Source: Alphaproteobacteria bacterium
GTDB lineage: Bacteria; Pseudomonadota; Alphaproteobacteria; CALKHQ01
Reading direction: 5' to 3'
Assembly (NCBI GenBank): GCA_965227515.1
Contig: CBDDFZ010000001.1
Span: 704,001 to 768,000 of the forward strand
Length of the DNA stretch: 64,000 bases
A program made the translations under genes and the position numbers. The number at the start of each line of letters is the position of its first letter. Position 1 is the stretch's first letter. This document shows positions 1-9,883 of the stretch, one piece after another. The notes below the pieces were generated by a model, which was given only the letters and a program-made list of their open reading frames with translations, was not told where the DNA came from and did not search any database.

Positions 1-621
1 GTGCCTGACGGGCGCGTGCTGCATTTCGTGCCCGGCCTGTGCTGGAACGCGCCCGACGGCACGCCGGACGTCATGCGCGGCGAGGAAACCCAGCTCATCG
101 GCATGCTGGGGCGAGACGCTCAGGTGGTCTGCCTGCCGGGCACCCACAGCAAGTGGGTGTGGATCGAGGGCGGGCGCATCGACCGCTTCCGCACCTACAT
201 GACCGGCGAGGTGTTCGAGGCGCTGCGCGACCACACCATCCTCGGCCGCCTGATGGAAACCGGCGGCCATGCGCCGGATGCGTTCGCCGCCGGCCTGTTG
301 CAGGCGGCGCGGCCCGGCGGACTGCTGAACCACCTGTTCTCGGTGCGCACCAATGGCCTGTTCCAGCGCCTGGCCGCGGCCGACCTCACCTCCTACCTGT
401 CAGGCCTGCTGATCGGCCACGAACTGCACGCGGCCCTGGTCGACGTCCCCGCCGGCACCCCTGTCACCCTGGTCGGCAGCCCGCACCTGACCGGGTCCTA
501 TGCCGATGCGCTGCACGCGCTCGGCCGGCGAACGGCTATCGCCGATCAGGATGCGGCGGCACGGGGCCAATGGGCGCTGGCCAACGCCGCCGGTTTGATC
601 GCCTCAGGAAGCGCGTCATGA
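1..621 (+). CDS. dgoK: 2-dehydro-3-deoxygalactonokinase, 5' truncated by window edge
   Basis: DVMRGEETQ, LPGTHSKW and TYMTGE motifs typical of DgoK; ATGA overlap with the aldolase. Confidence 0.9.
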   Translation: MPDGRVLHFVPGLCWNAPDGTPDVMRGEETQLIGMLGRDAQVVCLPGTHSKWVWIEGGRIDRFRTYMTGEVFEALRDHTILGRLMETGGHAPDAFAAGLLQAARPGGLLNHLFSVRTNGLFQRLAAADLTSYLSGLLIGHELHAALVDVPAGTPVTLVGSPHLTGSYADALHALGRRTAIADQDAAARGQWALANAAGLIASGSAS

Positions 622-1268
622 CCACATTCGCCGAAGCCGCCAGCGTCCTGCCTCTGGTCGCGATCCTGCGCGGCATCCAGCCCGACGAGGCGCCGGCCAT
701 CGGCCAGGTGCTGGTCGACGCCGGGTTCCGGCTGATCGAGGTGCCGCTGAACTCGCCGCGCCCGTTCGACAGCATCGCGGCATTGGCCGACGGGTTCGGC
801 GACCGGGCGATGGTTGGCGCGGGCACCGTGCTGAGGGCCGAAGACGTGGCGCGGGTGGCCGATGCCGGCGGGCGGCTGATCGTGATGCCCCATGGCGATG
901 TCGAGGTGATCCGGGCGGCGAAGGATGCCGGGCTGGTGGCGATGCCGGGGATCGCCACGCCGACCGAGGCGTTCGCGGCGCTGGCGGCCGGGGCCGACGG
1001 CCTAAAGCTGTTCCCGGCCGAAGCCAGTCCGCCGCCGGTACTGAAGGCGATGCGGGCGGTGCTGCCGCCGCAGGTGCCGGTATATCCGGTCGGCGGCATC
1101 ACGCCGGAGGCGATGGAGCCTTATGTCCGCGCCGGGGCCAGCGGCTTCGGGCTTGGCTCCGCCCTCTACCAGCGCGGGGCCAAGCCGGAGCATGTGCAGA
1201 TCAGGGCGATATCGTTCGTGCGCGCCTGGCAGCGCATCCACGGCCAGGACGGATCGATCCAGGTTTGA
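618..1268 (+). CDS. dgoA: 2-dehydro-3-deoxy-6-phosphogalactonate aldolase
   Basis: PLVAILRG, IEVPLNSP, GAGTV and LKLFPA motifs (KDPG aldolase fold); start at ATG 618 overlapping the dgoK stop. Confidence 0.9.
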   Translation: MTTFAEAASVLPLVAILRGIQPDEAPAIGQVLVDAGFRLIEVPLNSPRPFDSIAALADGFGDRAMVGAGTVLRAEDVARVADAGGRLIVMPHGDVEVIRAAKDAGLVAMPGIATPTEAFAALAAGADGLKLFPAEASPPPVLKAMRAVLPPQVPVYPVGGITPEAMEPYVRAGASGFGLGSALYQRGAKPEHVQIRAISFVRAWQRIHGQDGSIQV

Positions 1269-1276
1269 TCGGGACT

Positions 1277-2947
1277 CTATAGCCCCGAGCCGATTTCCTC
1301 GTCGTCGTCGGTGCCGCCGCTCTCCAGCTCTGCCGCCTCGTCGGCGGCCTGCCCCGCCATCGGCATCGGCAATGGCTCGGCGGGCGTATCCGGGGATGGC
1401 TCAACGGCTCCGGTCAGCGGTTCCAGCAGCGCGACCAGATCGGCGCGGTCGTTGGCGGTGGCGTGCGCCAGCGCGGTGAACCCCTCGGCATCGGTGAAAT
1501 CGGCGTCGGCGCCATGCGCCAGCAGCAGCTCCACCATCGCGCGGTCATCCACCAGGACAGCCAGGATCAATGGGGTCAGGCCACCGGCGCCGAGACGGTC
1601 GAGCGGGTGGGCGACCGCAGCTTCATCGGCGTCGCCCTCGCCGATGGCTTCGCTATCGCGGCCGGTTGCCGGCATGGCGTCGAGAAGGCCTGCCACCACC
1701 ATCCGGTTGCGGCCGACAATGGCCCAGTCCAGGGCGGTCAGCCCGTCGCGGTCCGGCAGCATGGTGTCGGCCGCGACGCCGGCATCGATGTAGCCGAGTG
1801 CCGCCGCCACGTCGCCGAAGGCCACGGCGGCGCTGAAGCCGGTGGCCGGGCTGTTCTGGTTGCGCATCGCCTGCATGGTGTTGGCGCCCGGCACCACGGT
1901 GGCGACCGGGTCAGCGTCGTCCGCGGGGGATGTCTGCGTGCACGGGTACAGCGGCGCTGTCAGTCCCGGCGTGATCGTGATGTTGGCGATGGTCAGCCAG
2001 ACCAGCTCCAGCGTGCCGTCCTCGTTACGCAGATAGCGCGCGCTGGCCCCGTCCTGATAGCGCACGGTCGCGGCAGGCGTGTCGGCCGCCGGGGCATAGG
2101 CGGCGACGTCCCGCGCCGCCGGCCGTCCGGCGCCGTCGATCCGCACCTCCATGCCGGACAGGAACGCCACCGCATCGCGGTGACAGGTCTCCGGGCTCAG
2201 GGCCCACTGGCCGGCCAGCAGCCCCGGTTCGCTGGACGCGGTTTCCAGGGCAATGGCCGTGTCCTCCGCAACCGAACGGGGCACGCTCGGCTGCTCCAGG
2301 CCGCCGGCGGTGTCGCCGGCGATCCCGGCCAGCGCCTGCTCGACATCTTCCGCCAGGCTGCGGCTGATGCTGCCGCGCTCGCCGTCGTCGAACAGCCCCA
2401 GTGCCGTGTCGCGCATATCCACGGCCCATGGGTGGTCGGTTTGCAGGCCGACGACGAAGACCGCCGCCGCCAGGCCGAGCACGGACACGCCACCCAGCGC
2501 CGTGTGACGCCGCCCGAGCCCCATGCGGCGCGCCATCACGCCGGACCGCAGATCGGTCGCGCCCGAGGCCGGGCCCAGGCGCTTGGGTTTGGTCAGCGGC
2601 GCGGACGGCCGGGTGCCGGACGGCAATTGGCGTCCGTCGGCAAGGTGGTCGGTATCGGGGGGCACGTCGAAACTTCCTTCGGGGGCATGTCCGTCGGGCG
2701 CGGCAGGCGGCGGCTCGGGCATCGGCGGGCGCGCTTCGGCGACGATGGTGGCGACATCGCTGTTGGGTCGTCGCAGCGACGAGATGATCGCCAGCCGCAC
2801 CTGGGCTTCCGGCCGGCGCTCGCGCAGAACCGCCATCGCGCGACGCGCCTGGTCGGGCGTGTCGAACCGCGCGATCGTGGTCCATTGATCGCCCGCATAG
2901 GCCTCTACGTTGTATGCGGTGACAAGCTCTGTCGCGCCAGACGCCAT
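1277..2947 (-). CDS. Single-pass membrane protein with C-terminal ankyrin repeats
   Basis: GLTALDWA, GLTPLILA..LLAHGAD and GFTALAHA ankyrin motifs; hydrophobic segment near aa 150-168. Confidence 0.75.
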   Translation of the reverse strand: MASGATELVTAYNVEAYAGDQWTTIARFDTPDQARRAMAVLRERRPEAQVRLAIISSLRRPNSDVATIVAEARPPMPEPPPAAPDGHAPEGSFDVPPDTDHLADGRQLPSGTRPSAPLTKPKRLGPASGATDLRSGVMARRMGLGRRHTALGGVSVLGLAAAVFVVGLQTDHPWAVDMRDTALGLFDDGERGSISRSLAEDVEQALAGIAGDTAGGLEQPSVPRSVAEDTAIALETASSEPGLLAGQWALSPETCHRDAVAFLSGMEVRIDGAGRPAARDVAAYAPAADTPAATVRYQDGASARYLRNEDGTLELVWLTIANITITPGLTAPLYPCTQTSPADDADPVATVVPGANTMQAMRNQNSPATGFSAAVAFGDVAAALGYIDAGVAADTMLPDRDGLTALDWAIVGRNRMVVAGLLDAMPATGRDSEAIGEGDADEAAVAHPLDRLGAGGLTPLILAVLVDDRAMVELLLAHGADADFTDAEGFTALAHATANDRADLVALLEPLTGAVEPSPDTPAEPLPMPMAGQAADEAAELESGGTDDDEEIGSGL

Positions 2948-3139
2948 TGGCCGTCGACACTTCCCTGCGCAGTTGGCGACTCGGGCTCAAATCGTGCCGG
3001 AGTTTAGCGCATTTCAGCGCCGATCTGCACAATGACCGCGCAGATGCGGTAGAGCCGCACCTGCGACATACTGGATATTGTGGGGCCGGTTTGGACGGCC
3101 GGCGGAGGTTTCAGCGCAAGCTGGTCAAGACCGACAGGG

Positions 3140-4030
3140 TCAGACGACGGGTACGCTGCACTCGTCCGGGATGCCCGGCAGCGGGTCGTCGACATTGTCC
3201 GGCACCGCCTGCGGCGCCGGCAGGCCCTCGGTCAGGCGGCGTTGCACCTCGCCGGCCAGCATCAGGCCCAGGCCTTCCGCGAAGTCGGCGCCATTGTCGC
3301 TCAGCGCTTGCGGTTCCTCCAGCAGGCGCATGGCGCGCTGCCACTGGTGTTGGGCGTCGAACGCGCGGCCCATCTGCCAATAGGCATCGCCCAGGTGCAG
3401 GCGCAGCTCGGGGTGGCCCGGCTCCAGGATCACCGCCTCGCAGATGAAACGCACCGATTCAGCGTATTCGCCGCGCTGGTAGAGCACCCAGCCGAGGGTA
3501 TCCAGATAGCTCGACTCTTCCGGCACCAGCTCGACCAGGTCCTGCATCGAGGCCAGCGCCTGATCCAGATTGCGGTTCTGTAGGGCCCACAGATAGGCCA
3601 GGTTGTTCAGGGCCATCAGGTTGCCCAGCTCGGCCGCCTGCTCGTACCAGTATTCGGCCAGGTCCGGATCGCGCGGGTGGCCGAGGCCGAGGTCTATGTG
3701 GAAGCCCAAATTGACCATGGCCTGGTCGTTGCCCAACAGGGCGGACTGCTCCAGCCACTCCACCGCGGCCGCGCGGTCCTGCTTGACCCCAAGGCCATCG
3801 GACAGCAGCAGGCCCATCCCGTATTGCGCGTCGGCGTCGCCGGCCTGCGCCTCCGGCAGAAACAGCTCGTAGGCCGAGCTGTAATCGCCTCGGTCGTAGG
3901 CGTCCCACGCCTCATAGGTATCGGCGACGGCCGACGGCGCAACGGCCAGAACGGCGATGGACGCAGCGATACCGAGTGCGGCGGCGGACGTGGTGGCCGG
4001 GAGTCGACGCGCGGCTTGGGTCGGGCGCAT
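3140..4030 (-). CDS. Secreted Sel1-repeat/TPR protein
   Basis: Signal peptide, Sel1 repeats (AQAGDADAQYGMG), TPR motifs (ALNNLAY, YLDTLGW, HLGDAYW); start ATG 4030 chosen. Confidence 0.8.
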   Translation of the reverse strand: MRPTQAARRLPATTSAAALGIAASIAVLAVAPSAVADTYEAWDAYDRGDYSSAYELFLPEAQAGDADAQYGMGLLLSDGLGVKQDRAAAVEWLEQSALLGNDQAMVNLGFHIDLGLGHPRDPDLAEYWYEQAAELGNLMALNNLAYLWALQNRNLDQALASMQDLVELVPEESSYLDTLGWVLYQRGEYAESVRFICEAVILEPGHPELRLHLGDAYWQMGRAFDAQHQWQRAMRLLEEPQALSDNGADFAEGLGLMLAGEVQRRLTEGLPAPQAVPDNVDDPLPGIPDECSVPVV

Positions 4031-4226
4031 GGATGCGAGCCTCCAGGATGTTTCAGGCGTGAAGGTGGGTCGTGTCAGCAACGACTTCAACGCAATATTC
4101 CGGATGAATGTGGCTCGACGATGACACTGTTGCGTGTTTGCACCTAACAATTTCGCGCCAGTGGCCGTGCGCCGGCGCGCCGCAGTGATACCCGGGCGAC
4201 ACCCGGACGACACCGGGACTCGTGCC

Positions 4227-4251
4227 GGAACAGCGCAAGACCTTGCCGGTT
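4227..4251 (+). promoter_or_regulatory. Possible ECF (EcfG-like) promoter upstream of the first degQ-like gene
   Basis: GGAAC-N16-GGTT versus consensus GGAAC-N16/17-CGTT. Confidence 0.25.
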
Positions 4252-4342
4252 GGTAAGAATAAATTGTTTGGCTGGGTCGAATGCTCGCTTGAATGCCGGG
4301 CCGCGATGACTAGTTTCGATGTCAGGAGGGCCCGATCGAAAG

Positions 4343-5494
4343 ATGATTCGGCACGCGCCCCAGCGCAGCGCGACGGAACGGAGTTGGCTGCCCGCACGGT
4401 TGCATTCGGCTGTCGGGATCGTGGCCGCTTGCGTTGGCGCCGCCCTGGCGGTGACCGCATGCCAGGGCCCCTCGGCGAGCGCGACCTCCGCCTTTCCTGC
4501 CACCACCGAAGAGGCCCTGCTGACGCTGGCGCCGATGCTGGAGCGCACGGCCCCGGCCGTCGTCAACATCTCCGTCGAGATCGATGTCGAGCAGGACCTG
4601 CCGCTGATCCTGCGCGATCCGGCGGTGCGCCGTTTCTTCGACCTGCCCGACGACCTGCCGACGGAACGGCAGATCACGGCGGGTTCCGGCGTCATCATCG
4701 ATGCCGACTCAGGCCATATCGTCACCAACCATCATGTCATCGCCGGCGCGGAGTCGATCTGGGTGACGCTGCGCGACGGGCGCAGCTTCCAGGCCGAGCT
4801 GCTGGGCAGCGATCCGCCGACCGACATTGCCGTCCTGCGCATCGACAGCGGTGGGCTGAGCGAGCTTGCGGTGGCGGACTCCGACGCGGTGCAAGTGGGC
4901 GACTTCGCGGTGGCGATCGGCAACCCGTTCGGGCTCGGCCAGTCGGTCACCACGGGCATTGTCAGTGGCTTGGGCCGGGCCGGCCTGCTGCGCGACGGCT
5001 ATGAGGACTTCATACAGACCGATGCGTCGATCAATCCGGGCAACTCGGGCGGCGCGCTGGTGAATTCGCGCGGCGAGCTGATCGGCATCAACACGGCCAT
5101 CCTGTCGCGCAATGGCGGCAATATCGGCATCAGTTTCGCGGTGCCGAGCAACATCGCGCGCGACGTGGCGCAGCGGCTGCTGCAATCGGGCGAGATCCAG
5201 CGCGGCAATCTGGGCGTCACGATCACCGATATCTCGCCCGGCCAGGCGCTGGAGCTTGGCCTTGGCACCACCAACGGCGCGATTGTGGCGGCGGTGGCGA
5301 ACGGTTCGGCGGCGGCTGCGGCGGGGCTGGAGGCCGGCGACGTGATCGTCGCGGTCGACGGTCGCGCGATCGTGAGCGCTGCGGCATTGCGCAGCCGGGT
5401 GGGCTTGCTGCGAATAGGCGACAAGATCGAATTGACGGTTATCAGGGACGGCGTCGAACGCCAGGTGGCGGCGGAGGTCGGTCAGCCGATCTGA
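4343..5494 (+). CDS. HtrA/DegQ-family serine protease with one PDZ domain, possible lipoprotein
   Basis: VTNHHV, TDIAVL and GNSGG catalytic triad motifs; IQTDASIN; VTAC lipobox-like motif; start uncertain (4319 or 4343). Confidence 0.9.
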   Translation: MIRHAPQRSATERSWLPARLHSAVGIVAACVGAALAVTACQGPSASATSAFPATTEEALLTLAPMLERTAPAVVNISVEIDVEQDLPLILRDPAVRRFFDLPDDLPTERQITAGSGVIIDADSGHIVTNHHVIAGAESIWVTLRDGRSFQAELLGSDPPTDIAVLRIDSGGLSELAVADSDAVQVGDFAVAIGNPFGLGQSVTTGIVSGLGRAGLLRDGYEDFIQTDASINPGNSGGALVNSRGELIGINTAILSRNGGNIGISFAVPSNIARDVAQRLLQSGEIQRGNLGVTITDISPGQALELGLGTTNGAIVAAVANGSAAAAAGLEAGDVIVAVDGRAIVSAAALRSRVGLLRIGDKIELTVIRDGVERQVAAEVGQPI

Positions 5495-5658
5495 CCGCGC
5501 GCCAGAAGATATTGGCCCGCACGCCGGAAATGGCGGCCGGGCTCGGGGGAACCGGCAATGCCCGTAGAGGCGCGCCGGTTCGCACAGCGGCCACGGGGAA
5601 CAGACCCTCTGCTCCGGGTGGACCGCTAGAGATCAGGATTGGGGGAATTCTGCGAGGC

Positions 5659-7032
5659 ATGTTGCGCCGCGCCTTGGTGTTTATCCTAGCGCTGCTTGGT
5701 CCAGCCAACGCCTGGGCCGAGCTGCCGCCGTTCGTCAACGACGACGGCGTGCCCAGCTTGTCGCCATTGTTGCGCGACGCGTCGCCGGCAGTGGTCAGCA
5801 TCTCGGTGATCTCGAACTCGCCGGTGGAAGACAATCCACTGTTCCGCGACCCGTTCTATCGCCGCTTCTTCGACCTGCCGGGCTTGCCGCCGTTCGCGCC
5901 GGGCCCCGGTCCGCTGCGGGTCAGCGCCGGGTCGGGCGTCATTGTCGACGCCGACCAGGGCTTCGTGGTGACCAACCACCACATCGTGGCCAACGCCAGC
6001 GGCATCGAGGTCGTGCTACGCGACGGTCGCCGCCTGCCGGCGGATCTGGTCGGCACCGACGCGCCCACCGACATTGCGCTGCTGCGCGTGGCGGCCGACG
6101 GACTGCCGGCCCTGGTGCTCGACCGCACGGTGCCGCCGGTGATCGGCGACTTCGTCATCGCGATCGGCAACCCCTTCGGCACCGGCCAGGTGATCACCTC
6201 CGGCTTGGTCAGCGGTGTCGGCCGGGTCGGCATCGACCATATGGGCTTCGACGACTTCATCCAGACCGACGCACCGATCAACCCCGGCAACTCGGGCGGT
6301 GCGCTGATCGATCTCAGGGGGCGGCTGATCGGCATCAACAGCGCCGAGCTCGGGCCGGCGGGCGACCATATCGGCATCGGGTTCGCCGTGCCCAGCACCG
6401 TTACGGCGCTGGTGCTGGATCAACTGGCCGCGTATGGGGAGGTCCGGCGCGGCCGCCTGGGCATCGCGTTCCAGGACGTGACCCCCGACATCGCCGAAGC
6501 ATTTGCATTGGCAGCCGCGGACGGGGTGGTCGTGACCCGGGTCGAGCCGGGCTCGGTCGCGGCGATGGCCGGTATCGTCAGCCGGGACGTGATCGTCGCG
6601 ATCAATGGCCGGCCGATCCGCGACGGCGACGACCTGCGCAATGAGGTCGGGCTGGCGCCGGTCGGCGCGCCGATCGAGATCGGCATCGTGCGCAATGGCG
6701 AGCCGATGGCGCTGATCGCCGCCCTTGGCGACCTGGTGGAAGGCCCGATCGACGACGGCACCACCTTCGATGCCCTGCATGGCGCGGTGTTGCACGACAT
6801 CCTGCCTGGCATGTCGCTTTATGGCCGCGAGACCGGGGTCCTGGTGGGCACGCTGGACGCCGGCACCCGCGCCGCACGCCTCGGCCTGCGCGAAGGCGAC
6901 ATCATCATCGGCATCAACCAGCAGACCATAAATAATCTGGCCGAACTGGCGGGGGCATTGGCGCAGCCCGACCGCTCGCTGGCCCTGACCATCCGGCGCG
7001 CCGGGTCGACGATCTTCCTGGTGATCGGTTGA
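5659..7032 (+). CDS. HtrA/DegQ (Do) serine protease with two PDZ domains
   Basis: VTNHHI, TDIALL and GNSGG triad; signal peptide ending AWA; two PDZ-like segments. Confidence 0.9.
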   Translation: MLRRALVFILALLGPANAWAELPPFVNDDGVPSLSPLLRDASPAVVSISVISNSPVEDNPLFRDPFYRRFFDLPGLPPFAPGPGPLRVSAGSGVIVDADQGFVVTNHHIVANASGIEVVLRDGRRLPADLVGTDAPTDIALLRVAADGLPALVLDRTVPPVIGDFVIAIGNPFGTGQVITSGLVSGVGRVGIDHMGFDDFIQTDAPINPGNSGGALIDLRGRLIGINSAELGPAGDHIGIGFAVPSTVTALVLDQLAAYGEVRRGRLGIAFQDVTPDIAEAFALAAADGVVVTRVEPGSVAAMAGIVSRDVIVAINGRPIRDGDDLRNEVGLAPVGAPIEIGIVRNGEPMALIAALGDLVEGPIDDGTTFDALHGAVLHDILPGMSLYGRETGVLVGTLDAGTRAARLGLREGDIIIGINQQTINNLAELAGALAQPDRSLALTIRRAGSTIFLVIG

Positions 7033-7054
7033 GTTGTTTGGACTTTTTGAGTTC

Positions 7055-7159
7055 AAGTCGGCACCGGCCCTCTCCCCCACCCGGCCACCCCGCAGGATAC
7101 TTTCGTGGGTGGCCGGGTGGGGGAGAGGGCTGGCGCAGATTCAGCGTAAGCTGATCCCG
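7055..7159. repeat. Palindromic repeat family A, copy 1
   Basis: AAGTCGGCACCGGCCCTCTCCCCCACCCGGCC...GGCCGGGTGGGGGAGAGGGCTGGCGCAGATTCAGCGTAAGCTGATCCCG; recurs near 37.3 kb and 53.3 kb. Confidence 0.9.
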
Positions 7160-7165
7160 GACTAA

Positions 7166-7639
7166 CTATGACACCAAGTGCGCGAACGCTTTCGCCACGG
7201 CAGCGTAGACCGGGCGCTTGAACTCCACGATCAGCCCCGGCACCTCGTCCAGCGGCACCCAGCGCCAGGCGTCGAATTCCGGCGTGCCGTGGGCGGCGAG
7301 GTCGATCTCCGCCTCGTCGCCGGTGAACCGCATCGCGAACCAGCGCTGGGCCTGGCCGCAATGGCGGCCGCGCCCGACCCCCGGCGGGAAGTCGTAGGCG
7401 AGCCAGCCGTCGATCTCGTCGATCATTTCGACCGAAACGATGCCGGTTTCCTCGGCCAGCTCGCGCTGCGCTGCGAGCGCTGCGTCCTCGCCCTTGTCAA
7501 TCCCGCCCTGCGGCAACTGCCAGGCGTCGGCCACATCGGCGCGGCGCGCGACGAAGACGAGACCCGCCGGGTTGAACAGCACGACACCGGCGCAGCGGCG
7601 ATAGCCCTTACCGGGCTTGGCGGTCGGGCGAAGGCTCAT
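7166..7639 (-). CDS. rppH: RNA pyrophosphohydrolase (Nudix)
   Basis: YRRCAG, WQLPQGG..GE..AQRELAEETG Nudix box, GQAQRWF, EFKRPVY; follows ctpA-yibQ as in other alphaproteobacteria. Confidence 0.9.
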   Translation of the reverse strand: MSLRPTAKPGKGYRRCAGVVLFNPAGLVFVARRADVADAWQLPQGGIDKGEDAALAAQRELAEETGIVSVEMIDEIDGWLAYDFPPGVGRGRHCGQAQRWFAMRFTGDEAEIDLAAHGTPEFDAWRWVPLDEVPGLIVEFKRPVYAAVAKAFAHLVS

Positions 7640-7655
7640 TCTAAGATGGATGAGG

Positions 7656-9683
7656 TCAGTTGACCGCGACCTGACGGGTCACCACGGCGGACAGGGGGGC
7701 CAGGCCATAGCCGCGTCGCACCATGTCGCGGGTCCAGATCGCCAGCCGGTCGATGGTCACCGGATAGGCGCTGCCGATGGCCACCGCCGTGCCGTCACGG
7801 CGCGCCATCGATTCCACCTCGTTGAGCGCGGCATCGATGGCCGGGCTGGCCGCCATGCTGTCGATCCGGGCGTCGCTGACCACCACCGGCAGCCCGATGG
7901 CGGCGCCGACGCGTTCCGCGACATCGCCGACCGCCGCCCGGTTGTCGAGGTAGACCAGGCCGCGCGAGCGAATCTCCTCCAGCACCGGCTGCATCGCCAG
8001 CTGGTCGGCGGCGAACCGTGAGCCCATGAAGTTGCCGACGCCGACATAGTTGGTGGCGCGCGACAGCACCCACTCCAGGCGCTCCATGTTCTGTTCCGGT
8101 GTCAGCGAGGTCATCAGCGCCCATGGGCCGGGGTCGCTGCCGGGGTAGTCCGACGGCTCCATCGGCAGGTCGATCAGCACCTCGTGGCCGGCTGCCCGGG
8201 CCAACGCGATCCATTGGTCGAGGCCACGGGCATAGGGTGAGAACGACAGCGTCACCGCGCCCGGAAGCTGCTGAATCGCGGCCTCTGTGGCGCTGCTGTT
8301 GAGCCCGAGGCCGGTGACGACGATGGCAATCAGCGGCGGGTCGCCGGTGTCGTCGAATGGCCGCGCATAGGCCTGCCAGGGCTGGTCGCCGGAGACGCTG
8401 ACCGTCGGCAACGGGCCGACATCGGCCAGTTCGACAAGCTGCGGATCGGGCTCGCTGGAAAGCGCCAGTTCCACCGACGGTGCATTGGATTGCGCGGGTT
8501 GCGGCGGCGCTGCCTCGACCGGCGGCGTCTCGACCACGGGAGCTTCGGCGACCTGCGGTGCGTCAGCGACCCGCGGTGTATCAGTCTCGTGGGTCTCGTC
8601 GTTCTCGTGGTTCTCGACTGCGGCATCGGCCACGTCGGCGGTTTGCTCGGGCGCGGTCGCGTGATCGTCGTCCGCGAGCTGTTCGTCGGTGGCCGGTTCC
8701 GGCCCATCGGTCTCGTGGACGTCGTCGGCCATCTCGGGCTGGCCGGCGTCGTGATCCGTTGCTGGGTCGTGGTCCATCGCGGCATCGTCGGCCGCCGCGA
8801 CAACGACCTCCGCTTCATCGTCCGGCGGCTGTTGCACCACCACGGCCGGCGGCGTCTGGCCGAGTGCCGGACCGGCATCGTCGCTTGCCGGCGCTGCGTC
8901 ATCTGCCGGTGCATCGCCGGCGTGGTCTTCTTCCAGCACCTCCAGGCCAAGCATGGAGACCAGATCGAGGGACTCGCGCGGCTGCACCGGCATCGGGCCG
9001 TGCAAGCTCGGCTCGCCAGGCGCGCGGGAGGGGTGCTCGGTTTCGTCCACCGCTGCGGTTTGTGTCGGCGCCTCGTCCACAACAGGCGCGGCATCATGCT
9101 CGTCGCTGCCAGTGTCCTCGGCGGGCACGGCATAGTCGTCGCCATGGTCGGCAACGTCGGCAGCCTCGGCCACCGCATCCGCGTGATCGTCCGGCGCGAC
9201 ATGGTCGTCGGGAGCGTGTTGATCGTTGGCGCCGTGCTCGGGCTCGGGCGCCGGCGGCAATGCCGCGACAGGCTCTGCCGTCTCGTCGCCGTGCTCATCA
9301 TTCGCACTGTCCGCCGGAACGTCTGAGTCGGCATCGGGATGGTCGACGCGCTGCCAGGGCAGATCGGCCTCCGCCATCATCGGGTCGGGGACGTGACCGG
9401 TTTCGGCTTGATCGCCACTGTCCGGCGCATCGGTATCGGCTGCCGGGGTATCGGCTGCCGGGGCGTCGGCTATCGGGGTATCGGCTGCCGGCGTGTCGTC
9501 AGGGCCGGATGGATCGGCCTCAGCCAGCGAAATGCCGCGATCGGACGTGTCGGAGGGCGCCTCCGCCGCGCCGTCCACGGACGCCGGGGCGCCGGGCACC
9601 GGGAGCTGGCTGACATAGACGGCGCCCGCGGCGAGCGCGCCGACGACCAGCAGCAGCAATACCCACGGGATGGCGCGCCACAT
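7656..9683 (-). CDS. Divergent polysaccharide deacetylase (YibQ-like) with a long acidic linker
   Basis: IAIVVTGLG, TLSFSPY, GHEVLIDLPMEP and NFMGS motifs at the C-terminus; N-terminal TM helix. Confidence 0.85.
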   Translation of the reverse strand: MWRAIPWVLLLLVVGALAAGAVYVSQLPVPGAPASVDGAAEAPSDTSDRGISLAEADPSGPDDTPAADTPIADAPAADTPAADTDAPDSGDQAETGHVPDPMMAEADLPWQRVDHPDADSDVPADSANDEHGDETAEPVAALPPAPEPEHGANDQHAPDDHVAPDDHADAVAEAADVADHGDDYAVPAEDTGSDEHDAAPVVDEAPTQTAAVDETEHPSRAPGEPSLHGPMPVQPRESLDLVSMLGLEVLEEDHAGDAPADDAAPASDDAGPALGQTPPAVVVQQPPDDEAEVVVAAADDAAMDHDPATDHDAGQPEMADDVHETDGPEPATDEQLADDDHATAPEQTADVADAAVENHENDETHETDTPRVADAPQVAEAPVVETPPVEAAPPQPAQSNAPSVELALSSEPDPQLVELADVGPLPTVSVSGDQPWQAYARPFDDTGDPPLIAIVVTGLGLNSSATEAAIQQLPGAVTLSFSPYARGLDQWIALARAAGHEVLIDLPMEPSDYPGSDPGPWALMTSLTPEQNMERLEWVLSRATNYVGVGNFMGSRFAADQLAMQPVLEEIRSRGLVYLDNRAAVGDVAERVGAAIGLPVVVSDARIDSMAASPAIDAALNEVESMARRDGTAVAIGSAYPVTIDRLAIWTRDMVRRGYGLAPLSAVVTRQVAVN
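9432..9491. repeat. In-frame 15-bp tandem repeat (4 units, encoding PAADT-like units)
   Basis: GGTATCGGCTGCCGG units seen directly. Confidence 0.8.
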
Positions 9684-9883
9684 CAGCGTTGTCTCCCAAA
9701 CCACCCCCCGGCGCGGGGGGCCGTGCGACCCACCGCCATGCCAACAATCGCGTGCATGGTCGGTGCGCCGTCACCTTGTGCGTGGCCGGGCGTGCGGCCG
9801 GCGATTCCAGCATCGCCGGCCGCGCACGAGTCGGCCACGCGGGCCGTATGTCATTATGACTACACTATTTCGTGTGCGATTGC

